NCBI GenBank assembly: GCA_030167865.1
Contig: JALAGF010000438.1
Coordinates: 111,845-131,844, forward strand
DNA from: Craspedostauros australis
Taxonomy: Eukaryota
DNA: 20,000 nucleotides
Direction of reading: 5' to 3'
The translations under genes were made by a program, and so were the position numbers. Positions 10,359 through 20,000 of the stretch are shown piece after piece. Position 1 is the stretch's first letter. Each line of letters starts with the position of its first letter. The notes beneath the pieces are model-generated. The model ran no database searches and was not told the DNA's origin. It worked only from the letters and a program-made list of their open reading frames with translations.

Positions 10359-10863
10359 TTTGCGCTACGCTGATTGCTGACTGTTAATGGCTGGATGTGG
10401 AGTGTCTCGTCGATGAGCGGTCGATCAGGAGTCGATCACGAGCGCAGACACGTGAGGGCAGGTTGGAAGATGGTGGGTAGTCATGCGTGTAGCTCATAGA
10501 AGCCATGAAATTCCTCACAGAAGTCGCAGCGCCACCACTCCGGCTTGTGCCACTGAGGGTCAATTGTGATGGATGGAACACGGTATTTACGCTTTCACTT
10601 TGGCGCCATTTCTTGTGCGTCCGGAGGAAACTTGGGTGATGGTGACTCGACGGATCGCATCACTCATTGACTACTCAGACTAAGAACCACCACCGATCCG
10701 TGATTTCAAACCTCGCCCCCAACCACAGCCCCCAATTTAAGTCTCTAATCACCCCAAAGAAACCAATGCGCGCGCCTTCCCCCCACTTTTTCAACCATGG
10801 ATGTGGCCGTTGGGAATTCTGTCATTCGACAATCAACCGGACATGCTGTTCCTGTGTGGCGAC

Positions 10864-10908
10864 AGTTGTGGCGGTTGTTGCGGTTGCAGCGGTTGTGGCC
10901 GTTGTGGT
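10864..10908. repeat. Imperfect 9-bp tandem repeat (GCGGTTGTG-like) in the ECD / Tvp15-like intergenic region
   Basis: agttgtg gcggttgtt gcggttgca gcggttgtg gccgttgtg gt read directly. Confidence 0.65.
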
Positions 10909-11365
10909 TTCTCCTTTCCCCTTGACACCGCGTCCATGTTGTCCTCTTCCTTGTGGGTTGGCTGTCGTGACAGTTACGGATAGAGCACTCTGAGGTTGAC
11001 TCTCCATGCCTCGGCAGTAGCAGTTCCCAACAATTGGTACGCGCAGATTGGCATCCACTCCGAGTGTTGGCATCATCCTCATCATCATCCCGAAGCTGAA
11101 GCTGAGGCTGAACGAAACCAAGAGGTCATCCTTGCCACCAGAACCAAAGCACATGTACATCTGCAACGACGACCACGACGACGACAACAACTCCAACATC
11201 ATTCAGCCAAGCACAGCCATCATCAAGCGCGACTTCCCACCCAAGAGCATCTTTCAAACGATACAGCGACCTCCAACCGACAACTTCAACGACACCTTGC
11301 CTGTCTCTAACCAACACTTGCTGCGAAGGCACAGATATCAAATACATACTCCAACTCTGTACTAG

Positions 11366-11396
11366 CACACACACACACACGCCCACACACACACAC
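11366..11396. repeat. Interrupted (CA)n microsatellite immediately upstream of ATG 11401
   Basis: cacacacacacacac gcc cacacacacacac read directly. Confidence 0.85.
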
Positions 11397-11400
11397 GACA

Positions 11401-12243
11401 ATGTCCTCGAAAGAGCGGGTGACGACGACCTTCCGGATCATCTCGGTGGTGCTCTACATTGTGAGTAATATCCGAGGACCCTGCATGGCAGAGTATTGTC
11501 TGCGCGGCATTGCGGTGAACTAAGATCTTGCGTCCTGGTCGGACCGTGGAACCACATCCCCGTGCTTTCATGGCGTCGAGTGTCATTGTTGATGACAACG
11601 ACCAAGGTGGACGCAATGCAATTGCTCGCAATGAGATATCCCATGCATGTCTCGCTTCTTGCGCGGATCTTCCTCAACCGCATTCACCCATCGGACTCAT
11701 CCTTTCTGAACATCGCTTCCTTGCTCTCATCCCAACGGACCACATACTCGCACATATAATACGATGTTGGTTCTCCATTCTTTCCATTGGACTCAACATC
11801 CATCTTCCAATACTCTCCTGCCAAACCAACCGCAGCTCAATATAGTGGTCGCAGTTCACTTCACCTATCACCATCCGGTGTACCTGCACATTGTTATCAC
11901 CGGGCTGATCACCGTATCATCGCTGCTCATGCTGTGCGTGTGTTTGCAGGCACCGGCACCGGCAGTGGCGAGGCTGGAGAACTCAAGGCTTGGAGAAACA
12001 CTGTTCACATTTCGTGGTCGATACATGATGGATCTGCTTTGTGCCATGTTCCTCTTCGGACTGGGTTCGTGGGGCGTTCTGATGTGCATCGCGACGTTGG
12101 TCGTCATCTTCGGAATTCGATTCGTTGGGGTGAAGCAGCCGGATGCATTCAATGATATCTTCCGACAAAGCGACATCGAATCGCAATCCCGCAGCGATTC
12201 CTACACCATGGAGGGAACGTTCGACACTGCGCTGTCAAAGTAA
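11401..12243 (+). CDS. Small multi-pass membrane protein, COPI-associated / Tvp15-like; join(11401..11460,11836..12243), 155 aa
   Basis: ATG 11401 gives MSSKERVTTTFRIISVVLYI, then donor GTGAGT at 11461. Acceptor CGCAG ends at 11835 and continues in phase 0 into LNIVVAVHF...ITGLITVSSLLMLCV...LFTFRGRYMMDLLCAMFLFGLGSWGVLMCIATLVVIFGI. There are 3-4 hydrophobic segments, and LFTFRGR resembles the FL..F.GRG motif of the COPI-associated family. The gene model is better supported than the family call. Confidence 0.7.
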
Positions 12244-12321
12244 TGCCCAGCCACTTCCGCATCATCGAGCGCAAAGTTGAGGCGGCGGGGAAGATTCGAC
12301 TCCGCTCATTTGATCTCGAAC

Positions 12322-12342
12322 TGGATTGGATTGGATTGGATT
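12322..12342. repeat. (TGGAT)4 pentamer microsatellite in the 3' region of the Tvp15-like gene
   Basis: tggattggattggattggatt read directly. Confidence 0.85.
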
Positions 12343-13822
12343 AGGTCAGGGTGTGATCGGGTGGATGTAGCAGCGTGCGTTCGTGCGTGCGCGCGCCTAT
12401 TATATGTACTATATTAATAAGAGTGGATAGATCAGTGGACGACGAAGTGAATGATACAGTGAATGGTAGTGACGGGTTGGCGGACCATCGAGATGCACCC
12501 TGTGGCGCTTGTTTCGTATGAAGCATAAACCAATCGAGAACGAGGCAGGTGGAGAAGACAGAGTCATCAACGAACATGAATCATTTGACAATGAGATGAG
12601 GCAAGAACGACCGTGGCTGCCCATCTTCAGGCACGACACGGCAGTGTAACGAAAAACTGTGCGCTCCTCCAGACTGCAGCAAGAGTGTGAACGAAGCAAT
12701 CAACTATCAACCAACCAATGTCCCACATCCTCACGCATTCAGCAACGTTGTGCACGCACACTGTGCAAACCTGAGAGAGCTGGGCGCAGTTATGGACGGA
12801 TTGATGGAACTGAACGCTTCATTTCACAAGACGTGCGATGTGACCATCGGTATCTCCTTTCCTGCATGGTCATGTTGGATGAGCAGATCAAGTCCAACGA
12901 CACATGCGACAGGGAGAAGAGGAAGTGCACTCATCTGAAGCAAGTCGTGCCGCCAAGGTACGCAGCCTGCTCAAATGGCAGCGCCAACATACAAGATGCA
13001 AGATTGTATGGTGCGAGAACAAAGCGGTTCCTGTGGACAGGTGCGCGCAAGCTCGAACCCAGCGAGGGGCAAAGCCGACGAAACACAAGAGGACGCAACA
13101 AAGAAACAGTCAAACTCGGAGGAGTGAAGCTGGGATGTCATCGCCGCTCTCCAACAAACGCTTCGCGTGGCATCGATCGGCGATTCTTAAAGTACATTAG
13201 CACACTCCACAAGTTGCTGCAGAAGTGTTGCAATGCGCTCTATCTCATGTATTATACTATTGTAGATGATCCAGACCACTGTATGTATTATACCACATAG
13301 GGTACATCTGGCATGATCCTTCATCGTGACCATCATGCTCTTCCTCTCTCCAAGCAGGGTGAGAATATCCCTCCTCTCTGAACAAGGTAGGGTACTGCTA
13401 TATATTATATGTGGAGCAGAATGGGTCGTAAGGCGCTCCTGCCTGTCCTCTTCTTGTGTTGGGGGTCGCCAACTTGAGTCGAAGTAGTCATCTATACATG
13501 GAACGGGTCATTTTCGCGCTCGTCGAGAGAGATGGCGAAAACGCAAAAATCCAACGCTCTCTGCACATCTCGCGCTGGTGGCAATACTGCTCGTGGGACT
13601 ACGAGCTACAGCCAATACGCGTGCTGCGCGACAGCAACGCGCAGCGTGGACACACACGGAGCGCGCGAAGCATGGCGCGATCTGCTGATAGATTGTGCCA
13701 TCCTCACCAAGAGAGCTCCTCGGCCACTGTGGCGACAATTCTCTCCTCAACCTCGTGATCCAATCGCAGCAATAGAGAAGCATTATAATTTTATATTGCA
13801 GAGCACTCTCCCTCCAGAGAGA

Positions 13823-13888
13823 ATCAGAGGCATCAGAGGCATCAGAGGCATCGAAGACAGCGAAGACAGCGAAGACAGCCAAGACAAC
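13823..13888. repeat. Compound 9-bp minisatellite: (ATCAGAGGC)x3 + ATC + (GAAGACAGC)x3 + one degenerate unit
   Basis: Read directly: 13823-13849 and 13853-13879, followed by caagacaac. Confidence 0.9.
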
Positions 13889-14037
13889 AGGTGGTTGGAG
13901 ATCGTCGAGTGCACATTCAGGACGTCTCGCTGAGGAGGGGAGTCGGCGATATCGCTTCGTCTGGAATTGCGACCGCAGCCCAAATCAAGAGCTCGTGCCA
14001 GCATCCCACAACGGCGGCTCGTGGAAGTATCATATTG

Positions 14038-14067
14038 GTGTTATATAGTGTTATATAGTGTTATATA
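14038..14067. repeat. (GTGTTATATA)x3 tandem repeat in an AT-rich patch about 50 nt upstream of the COG2 ATG
   Basis: Three exact 10-bp copies read directly, followed by atagaatataata. Confidence 0.9.
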
Positions 14068-14115
14068 ATAGAATATAATACATCATTGCCCAGGGAAAGG
14101 CGACTTGGCTGAACC

Positions 14116-17100
14116 ATGACGAGTGCATTGCCAGCGTCGGCTTCCTCAGGAGCCATGGCCGCGTCCGTTGTGCCCATGTCGACCTCCGGATTGGAGGTGA
14201 AGCTGCGCGAGCTGAAGAACCAATCCAACAAGCACAGCCAGGCCTTGACGCAGAAGCTGGCATCCTCCCAGTCAGGGCAGGACCTGCTGCACATCGGCAC
14301 CAGCCTGCAGAGCCTGCCATCGGATTTGCATGCCATGCTGCAGCAGCTGCACTCCGTCGTATCCTCGGCCGAGTCCGCGGAGACCAAGTTCCTGCAGCAG
14401 CTCAAGGATGTGGTCCAGACGGGGATGGACATTCGGCAGGAACAGCGCAGGATTGCCCAGGCGATGGAGTGTGCGCAGCTCTATCGCGACATCCAGGCCG
14501 GGGAGAGCATCCTCCAGCTGGAGGCATCCCGCCGACGCTCCAACATGCCCTTCGGGGGCTTCCAAGTGCCCGCAGGCTCTGCGAATGGAAGCAAGCCTTT
14601 CAGCATGGGGGGAGATTTGTCCAACACCATCGCAACAGGTACGTCACGGAAAGCATCTTGTGCCATACATGTATGCGTGTATGCATCACATGCTCGCGGA
14701 GTAGGGTGCAATATCTCGGTTCTCTGTGCTGCAGAATCGATGAGCACTTGTGGATGGCCCATCTTGGGTGTGGGATCTCTGCAAGGCCCTGCGGTTTCCA
14801 TGGATGACCGCGTCCATGCATCTCATGCGTCACACTCCACGCATTCGCTCATCCACTGTGGTCTTCACGTTGTCCTCAATGCTACTACTCTACTGCGATC
14901 CCGAGTGCGGGATTGTCGTACTCATGTGTCTGGTACGGCGCCTTCTTGCCTCATAACAAAAACTGCGACTGCCACCTTCAGTCGAACATGTGGCATCCTT
15001 GGAGAGGTGTGCACACATCGTGTTGGCCGCAACCCAAGAACTGCAGGTGTACACGAAGCCAGCAATGTCCAAAATGAACTTCCCCAAGATCGGCGACGCC
15101 ACCGGTCTTCAGCATAGATCAACTTCTGGAGGATCTGCGCCATCATCCATCCCCTCGCTCAAGGCACATCTGGATGAGGATCCCGAAAGAGCGCATTTCC
15201 TCATGAAGCTGGCACCGCGAATCCGGAGACTGGAGTCAGGCGCTGCGATCGCGCTGACGCATCGATTCGAGGAGGCGCTCAAGATCCTGCAGAGACAAGG
15301 GCAGGATCGAGAAAACGAACAGGGACAGGAGCAACCCGCAATCCAGTCTCAGACGAGCAACAGGGAGCAGACACCGGGTGGAACCGATGGTCTGAATGAT
15401 GCGGAGGCATCTGCAACCCCATCGCCACCCTCGTCGTCGCCGCCGCAGCAACCGGCCGACTCGGAGACAGCCATTAACCATCAACGGCAGATGCTCTACT
15501 CGCTTCTCCTGATCGTGATTGGCCAATGCATGCGTGGGCTGACATTGCTAGGCAGAGCAAAGGACGTCGAGAACAGCTTCGCTCGCGTGGCCATCATGCC
15601 GCTCATTCGATCCAAAATGTACATGGGAAGACTGGATGAAGGAGGACCGCGCGGCGAATGCGCGGGCTTGCTGTCGTTGCTCGAGGAATTGACGCAAAGC
15701 ATTTCCAACACCTTTGGTGGCGTGCTTGAGCTGGCGGAGTCGATCTTCAAGATTGCCGCAGACGTTGACACCATCAGTGATGGTGGCAAGGAAGATTCGC
15801 TCGCGCCTCCTCTCCCAATACCCATGGAAGTCGACTTGATCACGGAGGGCGTGTGGGTGCCCATCGTGACTGCGCTCATGTCGGACGCAGGTATCAAGAT
15901 GGCTATCTTCGCACCTGGAATCGCCAAGATCCTTCAGCGTAATTACGTCACGCTAGACAACTTCCTTGCTGGATTGGCCGCCTCGTTGCTGATATCGAAT
16001 GCCTCGTCTGTCCCAGCAAAGGAAGGTGCAGCTCCAGCAAGCAACGGTGGGACTGACCCAACGGATCCCTCCACGTCCACCGCTCTGGTTGGCGCAGACA
16101 GCACAGAACAAGCATCGCTGGCAGAGAGCTTGCTGCAAGCAACGCCCAAGCTATCGATCGCGTCAATCAAGGAAGCGCAGCGACGGATCTTTTCCCATGT
16201 CAAGACAGAAGAGTTCTCAAAGAGGTGGAACCTGCCAATCTACTACCAGCTGCGATTTGGTGACTGTTGCAATCGTCTCAACGCAGCGATTGAAGGCACG
16301 ACGCGGGGTGGTTGGAGCGCGATGGTTTTCGCTGGAACGAGTGTCGAGGCTGAGCCGTCAACAACGGGCAAAGTCAACGCAAGTGTTCACAAGTTCTCGC
16401 TGTCGCTATTCCGAGAGGCCTACGATATTCTGATGGCGTTTTGGCGGCAGGATGTCGTGCTGCGGCCTCTCACCCACCGATTCTTGCGAGGATCGGTGCA
16501 GCTCATCGGGCGACTTCTGGCCTTCATCGAGGATGGCCTGGAGGGGAAGGTGTTGTTCGGCGAGGAGGTTTCGAACGACTCCAACGGAGTGAATGGCAAA
16601 GACGCCAACGCAGCATCAACTCAATACCCCAACATGACCTCCTACAGCTGGGGGAAGAGCGAATTGGATATCGCATGCGTCACCTGGGAGCTGTCCGTGC
16701 TGGAATCCATGTTGCAACAGAACCTGGTGCCAATGATCTGTTCCGTCCTGACGACTGATGGAAAAGACACACGTCGAACCTCGGATGCGGAAGACTTGCA
16801 GGATGCTATCTCGGCCTTCATGGCGGACGCATGTCAAAACATCCAGCCCATCGTCGCGAAGGGGTGGGATGAGAAAATCGTTGATGTCATGATCGAGAAA
16901 TGCAAAGGACCCTTGGCCGCTGTGAAGGGAGTTGCGGCCACGTACCGCATGACTAGACGCCCGCCACCGGATCGGGCCTCCCACTTCGTCTCCACCATCC
17001 TTCGCCCGCTGAAGGAATTCTCTGCCGAATTCGTCAACCGCACACCTCCCTCCGTGACAGGTCAGTGGAAGACGAGTATCGTTGCCACCATTTCCAACGA

Positions 17101-17356
17101 GTACGCAAATGCGACCAGAGACCTGCTGGAAACCGTGCAAAAGACGGAGGCCGCGTTGCAAAGCCGTCGTGCTCGACGCGCGGCAGCTGGTGGGATCAGC
17201 GATGGAGACAAGGTGAAGCTGCAGCTATATCTAGACTACAAGGAGTTCCTCAACGCAGTCAATGACGTTGGCGTGGATCCCGCGAATTGTGAAGGGATCA
17301 ACCGACTTCGGGCACTCACAGAAGAAGGCGCTTCCCTCATGACCGAGAACAAGTAG
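14116..17356 (+). CDS. COG2: Conserved oligomeric Golgi complex subunit 2; join(14116..14638,14982..17356), about 965 aa
   Basis: COG2 motifs: IFAPG, RWNLPIYYQLRF, W--DVVLRPLTHRFLR--VQL--R, VKGVAATYRMTRRPPP-RASHFVSTILRPL, and C-terminal ISDGDKVKLQLYLD. Exon 1 encodes a coiled-coil-like segment. A phase-1 intron GTACGT(14639)..TTCAG(14981) joins exon 1 in frame to VEHVASLERC of the 788-aa ORF. Confidence 0.9.
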
Positions 17357-18525
17357 AGCACGTTGGAGTTCTCCGCGAGTTGGCAGAAGAACCTCGCAAC
17401 TCATGGTCCAGGAAGGGAAGCACAGTGGCGATAGGAGGATATGGTATGGCACAGCATCAACGGCGCAAACTGCGGTGCTGAAACACATCCCATTACGTCC
17501 AAGCCTGAAAGTGTTCATTCAGATTCGGCACACAAGATAAACAGCAATTGAGTGCCACAGTGCATACGATGCCACCAGGCACACGACGAGGCTCTACACA
17601 TGCTACTCTACCCGGAAATCATATTGGTACATTTTATACATACATGCCAATCAAACTTAATCATCTGCGGAACAAGGTCGTATCGTTGCAACAGCGCTGG
17701 CTTCAAGCACACAGCTCCGGTCAGCTATTCCACTCATGCAAAATCCTGTGCTGTGGAGAGATGGGGCAAACGCAATACCTTCGTTTCATCTACAACCGCG
17801 TCAATGGTAACATATGGTACTCTCTGCCAATAGAGAGTAAGAGTCGGACTGCATAGGAATCGCACGCAATCGAGTTCCTGGATCCATTTCGGTGCTTGAC
17901 TTGCGCACACGAATGCTGGCCGCGTCGTCCACCAGCCGCTGGCAACCACGAAGATCTCATCAAAACCCAAAAGGAAGCCCGCGACTTTGTGTCCGCCATC
18001 CTCGAGCAGGATCGGTCACAGGAATCTTGTTCGACGAAGCACACTCGTGTACCAACTGGAGCGGTTTGTGTGTAGGTTTCGTCGTTTCATTCGTGGTACG
18101 TGTCATCGTTTCCTTCCAGGAAGAGAAATCCTGTGAAGGAGAAATAACCGCAACTGAAAAAGCGTTAAACTCTAGCCAATATGTACATTACATACTCAAT
18201 ACACGAATATGTATATAAACCTAACAAACAAACAATCAGACACCAGCCTATTGGGATGCAACAATTTTATTAGCAGTGATAAACGAGAAGAGCACGACGA
18301 ACCCAGACCATTTGGCGAGAGAGAGTTCCCTTCGCATGCTCTCCGCGAAGTTGCTCACAAAACTCATGTTGCTTGGTTCTCGACATTGCAGCCGCCGTGG
18401 GACAACCGTCGCAAGCATCAGAAGCATCATCCGAAGGAACACAACTGACCGATACACACAACGCATCAACAGAAAAGGTTCAACCTGAGCCCACGACACT
18501 ACTGCGCACCAACCAACCAACCACG

Positions 18526-20000
18526 ATGATCTTGTGGAAAAGGGGCTTGATCCCCTTCTTCACCGCCGCCGTCGCGGTGACAGTGTGTGCATCCGTGCCA
18601 GCGTACGCGAACGCAGCCGTCCCGGAGATAGATGCCGACAAAAGCAACAACTACGACGACAATCTTGATGTCAACCTTGAGGATGAACAATTCTACGCGC
18701 GATTTGTGCAAGAGGTGGGAGAAAGTGTGGTTGCATCTGAGATGCCATCTGCTCTTCCATCAGCAACGCCGTCAGCAACGCCGTCAGCCCCACCATCGAG
18801 CCCGCCCACGCCAATCCCAAGCTCCACTCCGTCCAATCCCCCTTCGCCCACCCCCAGCACTCCACCAAGTGCCACGCCAAGCGACCAACCGTCACCAACC
18901 CCATCAACACCTCCCTCTGAAAATCCATCGAGCAACCCCTCCGCACGTCCATCCAGCCTTCCATCCGTGATGCCCTCGCAAACACCAACCGAGCCCGGTG
19001 AATGCCTTGTGGAGGTAAGTTCTTGCTCTCACTGCGTCCCTGCAACTCGATGCATGTATGGTACAAGATTGAAGAGGCATCACCACACCAACACAGCAGG
19101 CGCACAATTGTTGGAGGAGGGCAAACCGACTGACCCTTTTGTTGTTTACATTCCCGTGATCTGTCAAACGCGTGATTCTCATCGAAATGGAACATGCACA
19201 TTCGCACACACCAGGCAATCATTGATTGCAACGCAGCCGGCGGAATCCCATGCGAAGACCTGCAATCACCAGACGGACAATGCTCAACCGGACAGCCAAT
19301 CACCGAACTCTCCTTCGTCGTCACAGGCGGAACATGCAACGACAGCCTCAACACTCAGTACATGTTTGCCAACGACGGAACGACACCCCTCGATGCCTTC
19401 TGCGAGGACACCGGAACAATGCCACAACCAGGAACCACCATGACCATCACCTGCTTCGATTCATCCGCAACCACGATCCTGCCTGCAACAAATATCGTCG
19501 TGGGAGATCGCATCACCATTGGAGATGGCGTGACCGTTTTGCCAACTGCAACCGTCTGCGAAGTGACGAGCGGAGGAGACGAAATCCAGAACTTCTCTAT
19601 CGACACCAGCGGAAACATGGATCTCTACCTCAAGGACAAGTACGGAATGCTGCAGCTGGAATCATGTGATGTCGGTGGCGAGGAGAGAAACTGCCTCGTC
19701 GACATCAGCTACTCGTACTTCTTGCGAAACATCGGCGAGGTTCCCATGGAGGTCACGCTGTTCTTCCGTGAGCGCGGCGGTGCTGAAGAGAGCCTCTTCG
19801 GATTGATCCAAAACAAGACCATCGGAGTGAGAGACCAAGTCCAGATCAACGAACCCGATGTGGTGGACGTGTGCATGGACGCCACATACACAACCAACGT
19901 CCGTGTCGAAGCCGATCCACCGTTCGGCCCGACATGCCAGGATGACGAAACATTCACCTTCGACATTGCTGTGGCATGTCGCGTCGATGTCGACATCACA
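18526..20000 (+). CDS. Secreted/extracellular protein, 3' partial: signal peptide, acidic pro-segment, P[S/T]xx repeat stalk and Cys-patterned beta-rich module(s); join(18526..19014,19215..>20000)
   Basis: MILWKRGLIPFFTAAVAVTVCASVPAYANA is signal-like. Donor GTAAGT at 19015 follows GECLVE, and acceptor ACCAG ends at 19214. Exon 2 is stop-free to the window end: AIIDCNAAGGIPCEDLQSPDGQCSTGQPITELSFVVTGGTCNDSLNTQ...FSIDTSGNMDLYLKDKYGMLQLESCD...CLVDISYSYFLRNIG...VDVCMDATYTTNVRVEADPPFGPTCQDDETFTFDIAVACRVDVDIT. Confidence 0.85.
18745..18996 (+). repeat. Coding repeat: 21 consecutive P[S/T]xx tetrapeptide units (12-nt period)
   Basis: PSAL PSAT PSAT PSAP PSSP PTPI PSST PSNP PSPT PSTP PSAT PSDQ PSPT PSTP PSEN PSSN PSAR PSSL PSVM PSQT PTEP. 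Confidence 0.92.

Noticed and set aside
10599..10606. E2F-like site TTTGGCGC upstream of ECD, and TTTCGCGC at about 13512
   Set aside because: A degenerate 8-mer is expected about twice by chance in 20 kb; no further support.
10667..11365. Several 100-126 codon ORFs in the ECD/Tvp15 intergenic region (His-rich, Thr/Ala-rich)
   Set aside because: They are produced by simple repeats and strand skew, occur in several overlapping frames, and show no family motifs.
12322..12352. TGGAT repeat with ttagg/cagggt as telomere-like sequence
   Set aside because: No tandem TTAGGG; an ordinary microsatellite.
13823..13888. Repeats as a CRISPR array or as a coding repeat in ORFs 13532-13933 and 13508-13882
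   Set aside because: Units are 9 bp with no spacers, the context is eukaryotic, and the surrounding ORFs have no protein-like signal.
14116..15117. 333-aa ORF as a separate gene overlapping the 788-aa ORF
   Set aside because: It is COG2 exon 1 plus intron read-through; a phase-1 GT-AG intron joins the two.
1005..17265. Many antisense or alternative-frame ORFs of 60-190 aa nested in the real genes
   Set aside because: Expected shadows of GC-rich coding sequence with biased codon use.
17357..18525. Short ORFs between COG2 and the secreted gene
   Set aside because: All are short, AT-richer and without recognisable motifs or splice links; treated as UTR and promoter.
18373..19443. 356-aa ORF as listed in the track
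   Set aside because: It starts at a TTG upstream of the signal-peptide ATG (18526) and reads through the intron into the wrong frame; the domain-like sequence is in the frame beginning at 19215.

Overview
This is eukaryotic, intron-containing DNA; the protein families and secreted-protein style point to a diatom, probably pennate (inference). I can support six protein-coding genes, four of them spliced (nine GT-AG introns reconstructed by hand). (1) A 7-exon digalactosyldiacylglycerol synthase (DGD), 900-5313 +, about 1110 aa, with a signal peptide and long N- and C-terminal extensions. (2) An intronless DUF2009/UPF0652 protein, 5623-7320 -. (3) An intronless ecdysoneless/SGT1 (ECD) homologue, 7833-10358 -. 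(4) A 2-exon COPI-associated/Tvp15-like membrane protein, 11401-12243 +. (5) A 2-exon COG2 subunit, 14116-17356 +. (6) A secreted protein starting at 18526 (+) and running off the window, with 21 perfectly phased P[S/T]xx repeats followed by Cys-patterned modules; the ORF track misses its second exon. I saw no RNA genes, CRISPR arrays or recognisable transposons. I found no clearly new system. The best leads are the modular secreted protein, the unusually extended DGD, the uncharacterised DUF2009 protein, a local grouping of Golgi-trafficking genes, and a recurrent intronic TACTCT motif. Family assignments come from motif recognition, not database searches.
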